A stretch of 64,000 nucleotides of DNA, taken from Rozella allomycis CSF55 (Eukaryota). The position numbers and the translations under genes were made by a program. The notes under the pieces were generated by a model that saw only the letters and a list, made by a program, of their open reading frames with translations, was not told where the DNA came from and searched no databases. Shown here piece by piece: positions 26,385-38,790 of this stretch. The number at the start of each line of letters is the position of its first letter. The first letter of the stretch is position 1. The stretch lies in assembly GCA_000442015.1 (NCBI GenBank), contig KE561047.1, positions 1 through 64,000 of the forward strand, read 5' to 3'.

Positions 26385-27429
26385 ATGAATTCACTGCCCA
26401 AAAGCCGGCCTGGTTTAAAATTGAATGTTAATCCGTCAACTTTACAACCTGGAATGACGACACAAGTTGACCCTTTGGAAGCGCAATTAAGGGGTTTTGG
26501 TAACATCCAGTCGGCTGATCTGAAATTGGTAAATGAGTTAGGAGCGGGAAATGGCGGCGTGGTTTCAAAAGTTATTCACATCCCAACCCAAATTGTGATG
26601 GCTCGCAAAGTAATAATATGATAAAAATATAAGAGGTCATACCTATCGAGAATAACCCAACTATAAGAAAGAATATTATGACAGAGTTAAATACACTTAA
26701 GAAATGTCAAAGCGAGTATATTGTATCTTCATATGGCGCGTTTATAGATGAAGGGAATGTTTCAATTTGTATGGAATTTATGGATGTCGGCTCCCTTGAT
26801 AGGATATCAAAGTTAGGTCCCATTCCCGAACAAATAATCGGCTCAATTTTGGATAGTGTGTTAAGGGGGCTGGTTTATTTGTATGAAATCCACCGAATAA
26901 TACATCGCGATATAAAGCCATCGAATATTTTGTTTAATTCCTTTGGTCAAGTGAAGATTTGCGACTTTGGAGTAAGTAGGCAATTAACAAATTCAATCGC
27001 TAATTCTTTTGTTGGCACTTCGTCTTATATGGCAGTAAGTGATAAGAAATTTAGATATTAGCCTGAAAGAATCCAAGGGACAGATTATACTGTTCACTCA
27101 GATGTGTGGTCGTTAGGACTTACAATAATAGAGTTAGCTACTGGCAAATTTCCTTACCCATCAAATGCTTTAACTTTTTTTGAATTACTGGAGTTAATAG
27201 TTAGTGGGGAACCTCCAAGTTTACCTCAATCGTTTTCACCAGACTTTAGAGATATTATATCAAAATGGTAAAATTCATGTTTTCTCATGATAGCATGTTA
27301 AAAGAACCTTTAAAAAGACCAACGCCGAATGAAATGCTTCGCCATCCATTTGTTTTGCGTTGCCAAAATAGCAACATAGATCTACGTGATTATGCTTATT
27401 CATTAATGTCCCAATTAGAGAAAAAATAA
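26385..27429 (+). CDS. MAP kinase kinase (Ste7/Byr1/MEK type)
   Basis: N-terminal docking motif RPGLKLN, ELGAGNGGVV, HRDIKPSN, DFGVS..LTNSIANSFVGT. Confidence 0.93.
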
Positions 27430-27446
27430 AAAATATGAAAAATTAT

Positions 27447-27924
27447 TTATAATACTTCCATCATTTCATTAACAGATTTTGCCATCCTTGTATCTCTTCC
27501 AAGTCCAGCAGCTAATTCGGCTTCTTCTTGAGTGTAGGGAGCATTTTTCAATTCTTTTAACCTATCAATGTCAAATTTTGAAGCTACCTTTTCTTGTGAA
27601 CTTTAGATATTTCATGTCTCTTCTTGGTAAATTCATCTACAAAATGACGCCTTCATAAATGAGCCAATGTATTGTTACGCACATTCAACACAATAATGTT
27701 GTCCACTACCTGGTAAGTCTGCATCTATCGGTACATTCATAAAGGCCTCTCTGTTTTCCAAATCTTGATGGATTTGATCTAAATTTACCAAAGTTAAAGA
27801 AAACCATAAATTAGAGAGAAAAAATTAAAACAAAAAGGATATCTCTAGTTCTTCTTCTAGTACGAAACTTTCCACCCAACTTGTGGGTTTTGTTATGCAT
27901 TTTCTTGCGAGCTTGTCTGGTCAT
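27447..27924 (-). CDS. BUD20: Bud20/ZNF593 C2H2 ribosome biogenesis factor
   Basis: RTRRRTRDI|DQI, DADLPGSGQHYCVEC, PYTQEEAELAAG. Confidence 0.9.
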
Positions 27925-27999
27925 CAAAAATTTGTAGTCAAGCCACCCAAACTTAATTTCACTAAAAGAAAGAAAGCAAATATATTTAAAAAGAAACAT

Positions 28000-29901
28000 T
28001 TATTTATATTCGATTTCAACATCTTCACCATTTGGAATATCTAAATCATCGTAACTGTTCAAACGACGTCCATCACTAAATTGGATGGCATGTTATGGCT
28101 TACGGAATTGATGATTCTCTTTTTTCTCTGAAAGAGCTTCTTGAAGCAAATGGACCGTAATCTCTGTCACGTCTGTGATCGAACCTTTGACGATCTGGTC
28201 TTGCTAATAGTAAAAGAAGGATTATGAATTTTACGATGCCTTTTTCCGTAATGCGTCCAAGAGGGCGCCTTTAAAGAATCTAAAGCATTTAGAGAAATGG
28301 GTTCTAATGAAGGCATTGGTCTTAATGGATCCTTGATATATGCATTAAATGCTTTTAAACTTTCAACGTATTCAGGGACATGTTTTGATAATAAATGCTT
28401 TCTCGTGAATTCTTCTCCTTTAAATAATTTAGGGCATATTGCGCATCGATATTTTTCTTCCCTTTCTTGTTTGAATCCTTCATCGACGAACTTCATCTTT
28501 GCCCTATTGAGTGATAGATTTCTATATTACGCTTCAAAATCAGTAACCAATCCAAGCTCAACAGCCTTTTCATTATCGATAACTTGAGTGAATTTGTTAT
28601 ATTGCTCATCAATAGATTTTTTCCATTGCTCAAAATCCACAGGTTTTTCTTCTTCCGATTTTTGGCGGGCAATGACGTTTCCACTACGAAAAATCAATTC
28701 TTCCCTGGAATCGTAGAATTTTCCTTGATAATAACACAAACAAAAAACATTCCTCAAAAAGACAAGATGGAGGTCAAGAGCCTTTTTAGCCTATTATTAA
28801 ATGAAATGAATCATACATCTGTCAAATCCAAAGCACCAAATGGATAATCAATTGTGTACTTTTTACAGAGAGCGACAGAAATATCCTTGGATTGTTTAAG
28901 ATCGATTTCCACTCTAGATATTTCAGAGGCTTCTGGTGGTGCAAAAAATATTTTCTGATAAGAAGATTTTGTGACCGAGCAGTATATCTTTTCGTTATTA
29001 AGAGTTTCATTTTCAAGAATGTTCATGGCAACTTTTAAATCTTGACTTTCATCAAAAACGACCCAGCAGTAACGAATATGTTTTCTCTTTGGATCAGCAG
29101 CACCAATTGAAATGTATTTGAATCCAGGCAGTTTATTACAAACGGACAAAATGTCTTCTCTAGAAACTGTGCTAGGAACGAGCCTCAATGTAATTGAATG
29201 TGGCATTTGAAGAGACGCTGGCATTAAACCAGGAGTTAGTATCAACTCTGAAATTTGTGATTCAGTTCCATTCTCGTTATTTTTATTTTGAACTTCAGAA
29301 TCATCAAGGTCAAGACCCTGGAACATTCCCATTTGATATTGTTGTATAAATTCCTCGTACAAATTTAAAACTTGCTCCATTTGCCTTTTATATCTTTCTT
29401 CTGAAAGTGGTTGCATATACATTTCTTTCAACCTTTTACAATCTTATGTCTCTAATTACCAAGGTTCATCTTTATGCCCATGAAAATATTTAGATAATAA
29501 TTGTCTTGCTACATTCCCTTTATAACTCTTATAATAAGCCAAAGCTTCCTCTTCGTTAATGCTTGGATCTAAAAATTCAAGAAACTTGGCTAATGGTAAT
29601 ACCACATCTATCTTTGCTAACTCTTGAACCCTTTCTCAAAAATAATCTACTAATTTACGGGTCGGCATTAATATCACTCCATTTTAATGCGTATATTTTA
29701 TCCACCAAGTCATCACTACATGGGCTAACAGAATTTATCGTTACTTTGCCTGTTGGGAATAACGCGACCTGCTTCCTCTTGAAGAATATTCACTTCTTCG
29801 CGGCGAAAATTCTCTACAATCTTGTTTAAGCTTATCCCTTACCTTTTCCTATCTTCTCTACCAGGCGACACTGATCTACGAGACTCAACATCAGAAGTCA
29901 T
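28000..29901 (-). CDS. Ars2/SERRATE RNA effector (SRRT-like)
   Basis: RS-rich N-terminus, HKDEPW..EMY, RRM-like segment, KYRCAICPKLFKGEEFTRKHLLSKH zinc finger, C-terminal RLNSYDDLDIP. Confidence 0.88.
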
Positions 29902-30067
29902 TTTGGATTTCTCTAAAATTCTAAATTCTGTCATCCATCAAGCACCCATCGTAAAAAATAGTCAGCATGGTTTTTCTATAATTAGCACACGGAAAACATG
30001 TTAAATACTTGCTGACCAAGCGTTGGAACACCGTTCGATGAAACCATGCATGGCTATAGCTTCTCCT

Positions 30068-31242
30068 ATGATTATTTTAATTATTTTAACCTTTGGATGT
30101 TTTATATTTCAAGTGGACTTGAAAAAAGTGTGCAGTCAACATTCGCAAATCAGAAATCCTTTGTTAAAACGTACTACCGTGTGCAATGTTTCTGATTTGA
30201 AAGGGGAAGTATATGCCAGTTCTCCCGTTCATGATAATGATACAAGCATATTTAAAAATAAAGGGAAATATCATGTACAACATGGCGCTCCAGCCAACCT
30301 CGTTAGAATTTCAAATAGATCGCATCATGCAAATAATAGCGACTATATTTATGCCTCTCAAGCTGGAAGTGGCGTAGATATATATGTGCTAGATTCTGGA
30401 GTGGATAATACACACGTTGAATTTGGTGGAAGAGTGATACTTGGTCCAAATTTTGTCGAAGGGGAGGAAAATAGAGACTATTTTGGACACGGTACTCATG
30501 TTTCAGGTATATAGATGCTTTTTTCTTTGATTTAGGGGTGATTGCTAGCACATCTTTTGGAGTTGCCAAGAAAGCGAGCATAGTTAGTGTTAAAGTATTG
30601 GATAAACTTGGTGATGGTCAATGGGACGTGATATTTAAAGGTCTTAAATGGTAAATAGAAAGTACTTTATGTTTTAGGGCACAGGAAGAAATTTTAAAGA
30701 AAAATCGACCGTCTATAATTCAGTACAATACAATAAGTGGGATAATTTAGTATGTCTGTTAATGGAGATTTTTCTACTACTGTTAACTCATATTTAGAAT
30801 CTTTAGTAGAACAGAATATTCCTGTTGTCATCGCTGCAGGAAACCTTGGTGTTGATGCCTGTGACTTTTCTCCATCTTCAGCGAAAGCTGCGATTACTGT
30901 AGGGGCAATTGATGTAAAGGACAAAATTTTAGAATATCCAAAAAGTAATTTTGGACCTTGCCTAGATGTATTTGCACCCGGGGAGAACATTTTATCTACA
31001 TGGATTAATAATGCAACAAAATTGTTGAGGTAACAAATGAATGGTTTAAACATTATAGTGGAACATCGATGGCGGCGCCTCACGTTAGTGGCACACTTGC
31101 TTTATGGCTTTCAGAAAATAATAGTCTAAATTTCACAGCAATTAAGCGTAGGTTGGTTACAGAATCAACACTGAATGCTTTACTGAATATACCAAACTCT
31201 ACAGCGAACTCATTAGTATTTACAAATCCACCAATAGAATAA
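30068..31242 (+). CDS. Secreted subtilisin-like (S8, proteinase K type) serine protease
   Basis: Catalytic D (YVLDSG), H (GHGTHV), oxyanion N (AAGN) and S (GTSMAAPHV); hydrophobic N-terminus; start codon uncertain (30038-30068). Confidence 0.9.
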
Positions 31243-31358
31243 AGATTAATACTCTGTATTGAGGGTTCTTTGTGCACTGATTTACTGAATTTATGATCAG
31301 AGATTTTCGACTTTAACATTAAAAATAATGAATTATATCAAATTCTATTGTTAATGAA

Positions 31359-32356
31359 TTAATTTATTTCTTGACTATTAGAATTTTTGACATTTTCAGG
31401 CCACCATTCAGGAATAAACGGTCTAAATTTTATGGTATGGTCACATTTTAGAACTAAATTATTTGATCTAGCTACGTTCAAGTTCATTAGAGTAAACGCA
31501 GTATTTCCAAAGTGTGACATCAGTACCCCTCTTTGCTTCACGGCTACACTATCGGAATCAAGAACAATTCGTCTTTCTTCACCAAAAAAAAATTCAATAT
31601 CTTGATTTATATTAATAAACTGACCGCTATTCAATGTAGCAGGGATTAAATTACCTGTCTTCTATATTGTTTTTAGATATTTGTGTCGACATTGTTCTCG
31701 ATCTAACTACACCTTGGTGCTCTATTCTAGTTACAGATTCCTGACCTAGATAACAGCCTTTGGCAAAATCAACTATTTCACCTAAAACTTAATGAGTATA
31801 CTGGCGTTAAGTAAGTCCATGTTGCAATAATGAGGCACCATACCTTCCAAATTGTAATCATACCCATCCATAATCCCGAGTTTTATTCGTCGCTTTTTTA
31901 AATCTATTTCATCATCATAAACATTATTTTCTGAATATTCTTTGCCAAAATCCTTCTTGTGGACAAGAAAACGATAACCCAACGATGCATTTCTGGGATC
32001 TGGGCCAAATGACAATGTATTTTTTGGTTTATTCATAGACTGGCTTGTATAAACCTTGAATAAATCTGAAACATTGTCAAAATGAACGGAAACTTTAACG
32101 CAATACTTCTTAAAGTGCCTTATAATTGGACATGTCTCTTGGGTGGCCCCAGGAATTTCCAATAATACGTGGTTTTCATTTAATTTGTACATAAAGCAAT
32201 CGGTTAAAATTCTTCCCTATTTTATATCGTAACAGGCATTACTTTTGCATTAAGACATGTAGTGTACTGTATTCCTTGGCTCGACAAAACATCAACTGTA
32301 CACATGCCCTGAAGAAATTTAAGTACATCACTTCCCTTCAGTGATAGGAATCCCAT
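31359..32356 (-). CDS. IBA57: Iba57/Caf17 Fe-S cluster assembly factor
   Basis: LKGSDVLKFLQG, GPDPR...LGYR, DFAKGCYLGQE; the start may lie further upstream. Confidence 0.88.
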
Positions 32357-32515
32357 TGTCAAGAAATTTCCAAAATAGACACAAATTCAAGAACACTAAT
32401 CTAGACAATGATGTTTTATTCTTTGATCATAAGAAGAAATAAAGCCTAGCTGCGTTTGTTAAACATGACAATCTGCAATCAGACAAAAATAGCATGGCAG
32501 TGGTGGCTTGGAGTC

Positions 32516-33764
32516 ATGATTACAAAGTTACGGGCTCTGTATGAGTTTAACGCAGATTATGAAAATGAATTGAGTTTCAAAGCAAACGATATAGTTATAC
32601 TCACCGAACACACTGAAAAAGAATGGTGGACTGGATATTTAGAGAGAGACCCGTCCAAAAGGGGCTTGTTCCCGGCTACATATGTTGAATTATGCGATCA
32701 AAATCAAATTTTACCCGATTTTAATACAGAGTTATTTAGTACTAATCCCTGCACTGAAGTTGAGGTAAATATGTAAGTAGAATTATAAATTAGAGCTCAA
32801 ATATCTCATGGGACGAAGAGCCAGATTCTGGCCTCTGTGATACTATAGAATCAATCTCTTTATCAAAAACAGCAATGCCAAGTATAATCAGCGATGATTC
32901 TTCAGTGAGTAAAGCCATCAACTTTCAGAACAACTTTTGGCCCAAGGATGAAGATGATTATTTACATGCATTTATGCTCATGTACCAATATCAGAAAGAA
33001 TCGAAAGCGTCATTACTTGACTTGCAGGACTTAATCTTAGAAGTCGCTGTTGCTGAAAAGGAATGTTCCAAAGCATTTAATCATTTAGTGAAGAAGAATA
33101 AATTTGGCAATCATGAGTCAGGAGGTATAAAGAGCTTAGCTGTGGAATTGAAAGTAAGTATTGAGATTCAAGCACGCCAAAAATATACGTTTGCAAAGTA
33201 TTTAGGCAAAGAGTTAGTTCCAAAAATATCAGTTTATGTTGACAGCTTTACAAATAGGCGAAAACTTGTAAAATAATCATATTTTAATCATTTTAGTGGA
33301 AGGTCAAGTTTATTAAAGCAGATCAAGAACTCAAAAAAGCTATCAGTTTTGCGGCTAGAAATGTATCTGAATATAATGAGATGGCAAAAAGAATTCATTC
33401 AGCCGGTCTTCATGGGCACGGATCAGAATATGAGCGAAAAGTTGAAGAGCTAAGAATAAAATGGGCTAAAAGTTTAGATTCCATAAAGAAATATGAAAAC
33501 GCGCGTGTAAAGTGTGACAATATTTATGAATCATGTTGCAAAGCTTTTGACGAAGAGCATTACAAAAGAACTGAATTCATAAAATCAATAGTATATGATT
33601 ATAGTGAAAAGTATAAATGTTTAATGAAAGGACAATGCGATTTGTCGGACAATTTTTCACTGACCACTGCAAATCTTGATCCCCAGAAAGAGCTGGAGAA
33701 TTACGTGAAAACTAGGTCTTTGGCAAATGCCCCACCATTGAAAAAGAAATTTGAGCTGCAGTGA
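32516..33764 (+). CDS. N-terminal SH3 + F-BAR (FCH) protein, GAS7-like domain order
   Basis: SH3 ALYEF..D.ENELSF...EWW.G...GLFPATYV; then FCH-like FQNNFW...E...AEKE.SK and coiled coil. Confidence 0.7.
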
Positions 33765-33811
33765 TCGTGATATATAATAAACATTTTTGCATTATTTTAG
33801 AATTTTCTGGA

Positions 33812-35456
33812 ATGCAAGATGGAGAAAAACGTCTTGGTGTTTTTAATGTTTTATACAAAAAAAGAAGTGGAAAACTTCATGTATTTAATTTACAATTAAA
33901 GTGGTCTCTTGAGGATGAATCTGTATATGAAGTTTTGTTGAATTACAAAGATATAAAGAGTATCAAGGTATTATTATGAGATAAAAAGGTCATGCTGTGA
34001 ATCCTTCGAAAGACAAACCAATGATAAAAATTTTAACGGAAAAAGAATCCTACATTTTCACATTTATCTCTGGCGTAGAAGAAAGAGATCATGTGAAAGA
34101 GTTAATAACAAAGTATTTGCGAATAGGCAAAGGAATGAATCCAATCATCACAGATAAGGAAGTGCGATTGAGACTTTTAGTCTTGAAGAAATATCCTGAA
34201 TTGGCTCGATTAAGGGAAGAATTGGTTAGCAACAAGGTCATGACTGAAGATGAGTTTTGGGAAACAAGACAAGTAACTCTTTGGTTTTTTATTTTAAAAG
34301 AACATTTTATTACAAGAATCTATCGAAGAAAATCAAAAGAGAGGAATTCCCGGCTCAGTTTTGAAAGAGCTCAAGCCAACGACGACTGATGATCAAACAA
34401 TACGTTTTTCTATTACTCCAATCAAAATGCAAACAATATTCGCACAATATCCATCGCGTATGATTCTATTCTATTATTTTAGTAGTTCATAAAATGTACA
34501 AGGAAATGGTCCCAAACAAAATATCTGAAAGAGAGTTTTGGACTTTGTATTCTCAATCAAAATTTATTCATGGAGAAAATGCGTCAAATAAAAATGCAAT
34601 TTTTGATTCCTGCTATGAAAAGGATTCAAAAATGAATCTTTCCGATATGACCAAAGAAATTGGGAAGTGGAGCGATGTCTCCAAAACTGAAAACGATTAT
34701 TCCCCAGAAATAGTAATTCTTTTACTTATTTAATCAACAAAGATTGACTTTGAGAAAGAAAGTCGGATTCAGGCCAGTTTAAAAAGATTCAACAAACAGA
34801 GTTTAGCCTTGCTGAATTCCACGACAAAGTAAATTTTCCAACGTATAAAAACCAGCAAAACTTCTTCTAATGATGAACGCGATTCACTGATCATAGAAGA
34901 CTTGGTCCCGTCAAAAGATGACAACTTTATTCCCTTGACATTTTCAAACAACCCTTTGAATAAAAATTCGATTTCTTCGAAAATCACCAAAGAAGATATA
35001 AATTCTTATCTTAACAAACTGAAAAAAGAATTGCAAAATCCTTCTTTCAGTTTTCAAACGGCTGCTGGCTACGATGAAATGCGAAATTTAAACTTGATTC
35101 CACCCAGCAATATAGACTTGCGCAAAGAAACAAGTAAAATTATTATGGGATATCGAAAAGTAATATCTAAGATTCCTAATTTTCCTTACGATGAAGTAGT
35201 AGCTTTTCACAACAAAACCATGGAAGTACTGCGGCATTTTTGGAGCACATTTCCTTTAAATTCTCAAGATAAGGTAGAAAAGAACCAAAAGATGGTCCAA
35301 GTAATAGAATCGTTAATGGAAGGTTACAATGAATGGATTAACTCGGGAGAAGAGAGAAGATCGATTTTTGAAAATCTTCTCAGAAATACATATTCATCCA
35401 TGCTAAAAGCTATCGAAAAGGGATATGCAGTACACAATCTACCCAGCACAAATTAA
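33812..35456 (+). CDS. TFB1: TFIIH p62 subunit (Tfb1/GTF2H1)
   Basis: PH domain (YKKRSGKL), BSD domains (MTEDEFWETR; VPNKISEREFW), EVLRHFWS. Confidence 0.88.
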
Positions 35457-35506
35457 GATACATGTGTAATAAAACTGTTCTTTATTATTCCATATCATTA
35501 GCCACT

Positions 35507-35604
35507 CAAGGACCCAGTAGAGTACCAGCCCACAAAATTTCCGTTCCCATCCTACCCCATTTTTTGGTCAAAAGTGGGCTTATGAGAGTAAATCTACGGG
35601 CTTG
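35507..35604. ncRNA. Candidate structured RNA (long interrupted hairpin) in a convergent intergenic region
   Basis: Nested pairings caag/cttg, ccc-gtaga/tctac-ggg and agcccac/gtgggct; GC-rich relative to flanks; TATA element at 35629-35637. Confidence 0.3.
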
Positions 35605-35727
35605 GAAAATAGGTGAACTCAAGCACGATTTATATAAGGATCACGACAGTTAATAATAATTTGGGGGATAATCATTATGCATATCATATCATTTCTAAAA
35701 CTGTTTTATTGTCCGGTCATAGACCTT

Positions 35728-37374
35728 TTAAGCCAGATGAAATCCGCTTTTGGATCCTTCAGTTATTGATATTGTCAGATCGTTTCTTAGTCTATCCACA
35801 TCATCATAGAAAATCCAAATGAAAATAATATTTCCACAAGTCTGAACAAATGGAATCTTTTTGTTTCGGTCTACCCAACCTTCGATAGTTATTTGGACTC
35901 CTTCGAGGTCTAATGGAACCGAATCATACGCAGTTATGTACTTGAACAGTTTTAATCTCATGTCATCATCGAAAGATTTCACCACCTATTCTAAAGTTTT
36001 AAATCTGTTACATTCCAAAACATTGTCCACGTTTTTTCAGTGATGTGTACGCCTTTCACGGATAAATTACTAAATACTTCTAAATCGATAAAGTCTTTGC
36101 CTGTGAGTTCATCACGCAATTCTATCCAAGTTGTAGGTCCTATATAAGAAGGAAAACAAAGAGAAAAGATTCGTTCGATAAAGTCATTATGATTTTGATA
36201 CTTATCTCGCATATACCAATTAACCATGTAATTCTTAAAAGCTTCCAAGTTTCTTTTCTGAACATATTCATACTCTGTAAAAAATCTTTCGCCATTTGGT
36301 GACGCAAATGGCAGCTGCAGGTCCTTCAAGGTTTCCTCATCCATTTCGCTAGATCGACGTAAAGTACAATTTTTACAGTATTACATTTATGCTTTTGGCA
36401 GCCAAAGAGTCTTCTTGTTCCAAAATATCGAATGAGCTACTGTAATTGCCAGAAAATATCATGAACACCGAAGGCTTGAATTTAACCGGAAGAGGAATTC
36501 GATATACCCATGCTATTTTAATCAAGTAGGCGAAAGCTCCCAGTCTCACATGATCTAAAATGTGTTCCCGAAATCGATATTTGCCATCCATATCAGCCTC
36601 GAAGAAATCAGAATTCTTCACACATTGCCCAACAGCATTTGCCACAAACTCTCTAAAATGATATTGAAGTTAAATTTACTTGAGTAATCCCCCGTTATCT
36701 TGGCCCATTTCATTTTCGTATAATATTCTTAACATACAATCTTGAGATGTCGTCAGGTTATTTATGAATTTGTTGTCGTGTAGTTTTTTAAAAAAGTCAT
36801 TAAACTCATTTCCTCTTTGAACGACTATTTCGCAAGAAGTGGGGCGTTTGGATCGAGTTATTGGCATAGTCTCGGCTCCAAATCTCAGAAGAAAACAATA
36901 CATGTGATCGTTTTCATCGTTACAGTTGATATTAGAGATTTCTGACGTGGAAAGCTGTCGCGATTTTGCATTACCATTGTCATTTATGAGAACGTGATTT
37001 TCACCCGACACCAATAAAAAAGCACCTTCTTGGTTGCGGAAAGTCTTATATAATAACTTGAATTTAGCTTGATTAATGTTATAGTTTGTAAATTCATACA
37101 CATTGTTCGTTAAAGCCAATGCTCTCCCAATAGGATCTGTTATTATGAAAGATCCTTCTATTCCCTCAGTTAAAACCATAAACAAATTATGCATTTCAGA
37201 ATTCGAATTTGAAGGAAAGTCGTAAAATCTCGGTCGCACGGAATTCGTTGAGCAAAGAAAGGGATATCTATCGGGATACGCAGGACTTAGCAAACTAATA
37301 ATATTCACAGGAGATCTTAAGCAATCTATCAGCGTTAAAAATAGAAAACTAGAGCATATCAAGGTAAAATACAT
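35728..37374 (-). CDS. Signal-peptide-bearing HECT-domain E3 ubiquitin ligase (4 exons)
   Basis: N-terminus MYFTLICSSFLFLTLIDC. Spliced HECT motifs: YENEMGQDNGGLLKEF, SINVILEMD, MFWNVVKSFDDDMRLKLFKYIT, IPFVQTCGN (catalytic Cys at 35836-35838), terminal GFHLA* with the -4 Phe. Confidence 0.82.
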
Positions 37375-37488
37375 GGGTCCAATTTTTGCGTGGCGCTGTC
37401 GGCTGTAGATGAATTGGGTGGCGCCTACAGTGCCAGAAAATGTCAAAAAAGTTATAAATATATTATGTTTTTATTATGGCTAACTACA

Positions 37489-38501
37489 TTAGTACGAATC
37501 CGAATCTTCGTAGTCGATATCTTTTCTCAATATTTGACTCTGCGCTCTAGTCCTGTAGGTAAAGAATTGGTACAGAATCTATTGAATTCACTTTAACAAA
37601 TTACAATTGAATCTAAAAAGAGGGTACCCAACCTAATTTAATATTTTGAAATAGATTACGAGCCACAAAGCCATGGAAGCATTCCTTTAATATATTCCCA
37701 GTCTAAAGAATGGAAAAACACTGAAAGCGAATACGATATGTTCCCCAACATACCAAATACAAAGAGACCTAAAGAAAGTCCCTACCTTGAAGGATCATTA
37801 AGCTTACTTCACATGATCTTTTTTCAGCCTATCGTTTATTTCTATATATAATTACATTTTTTAGTATTTGAGGTATTCTTGCTCCAATAAACGCAACTGC
37901 AGATGAATAACCAAGAATGTTGGCAATGTACGCATCCGCGGTCTTTCTCATCTTTTCAAGTATTAATTACACTGCTAAATACAATTGAAGCAGCTGATAC
38001 ACTTGGTATCATAGAAGTGGCAACTGTAATTGGTGTCACCATCTGAACTATATGTCGAAGTCTGGAGTTCAAAAGGGGGTCCCTTTCATTGGAGTTTTCA
38101 ATGTCATCAGGGTTGGTGGATAGGGATTTAAAAACATGCCTCCGATAGTAATATACTTGTGCAAGTAATAATAAATCCATAACCAGGAAGTAGGTATGAA
38201 TAAATACCTATAGATTACATCCCGTAAAACTTACCAAAGTCACAATCCAATCAGTAAACAGCAAGCCTGCTAATGAAAGTACATCTGCAACTATCCATAT
38301 ATACAGGAAAAGCAAAGAAAGGCCTTCACCGGTCTTATTCTTGTAATTTGAATAAATTTGGCTGTTCGATTCAAAAGAAATAATTACGGAGAAAAAACAA
38401 TCATAAACATAATAATCTTAATTTTAACTTCTCATTGTGATTACTGATATAAAACCGGAAACCTTAGATGCTACTTGAAATGATTCAGAGAGTAGTTGCA
38501 T
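37489..38501 (-). CDS. PQ-loop vacuolar cationic amino-acid transporter (Ypq/PQLC2-like)
   Basis: FSQIYSNYKNKTGEGLSL.FL.IW..AD and ARIPQI repeats; many small exons. Confidence 0.85.
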
Positions 38502-38790
38502 ATGCGGGGTTTTCTGAAATTTCTTTGTTCATATGTGGAGCTGATTCCGATAATTCTAGTATTCAACAACTATTGTTGTAACTTGTATTAGATTGTAAAC
38601 CCTAACATTGATGTGATGATGTCAAATACTACATGAAATAGAAAATGCCTAAGAGTGAGTGTAGAGATATATTTTTTATTACATAGGAATTTTTTTAATC
38701 TGTTATAACTTATAATTGATTTTTTTATAAAAAATTGGACAGGAATGAATATGGTTTTTGACACAAGGCCGTTGTCAACTTGAGATTGAG

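Noticed and set aside
35560-35660. TPP riboswitch or RNase MRP/P motifs near the hairpin (TGAGA, GGGCTTA, GGAAATT)
   Set aside because: The remaining conserved elements and required pairings are absent.
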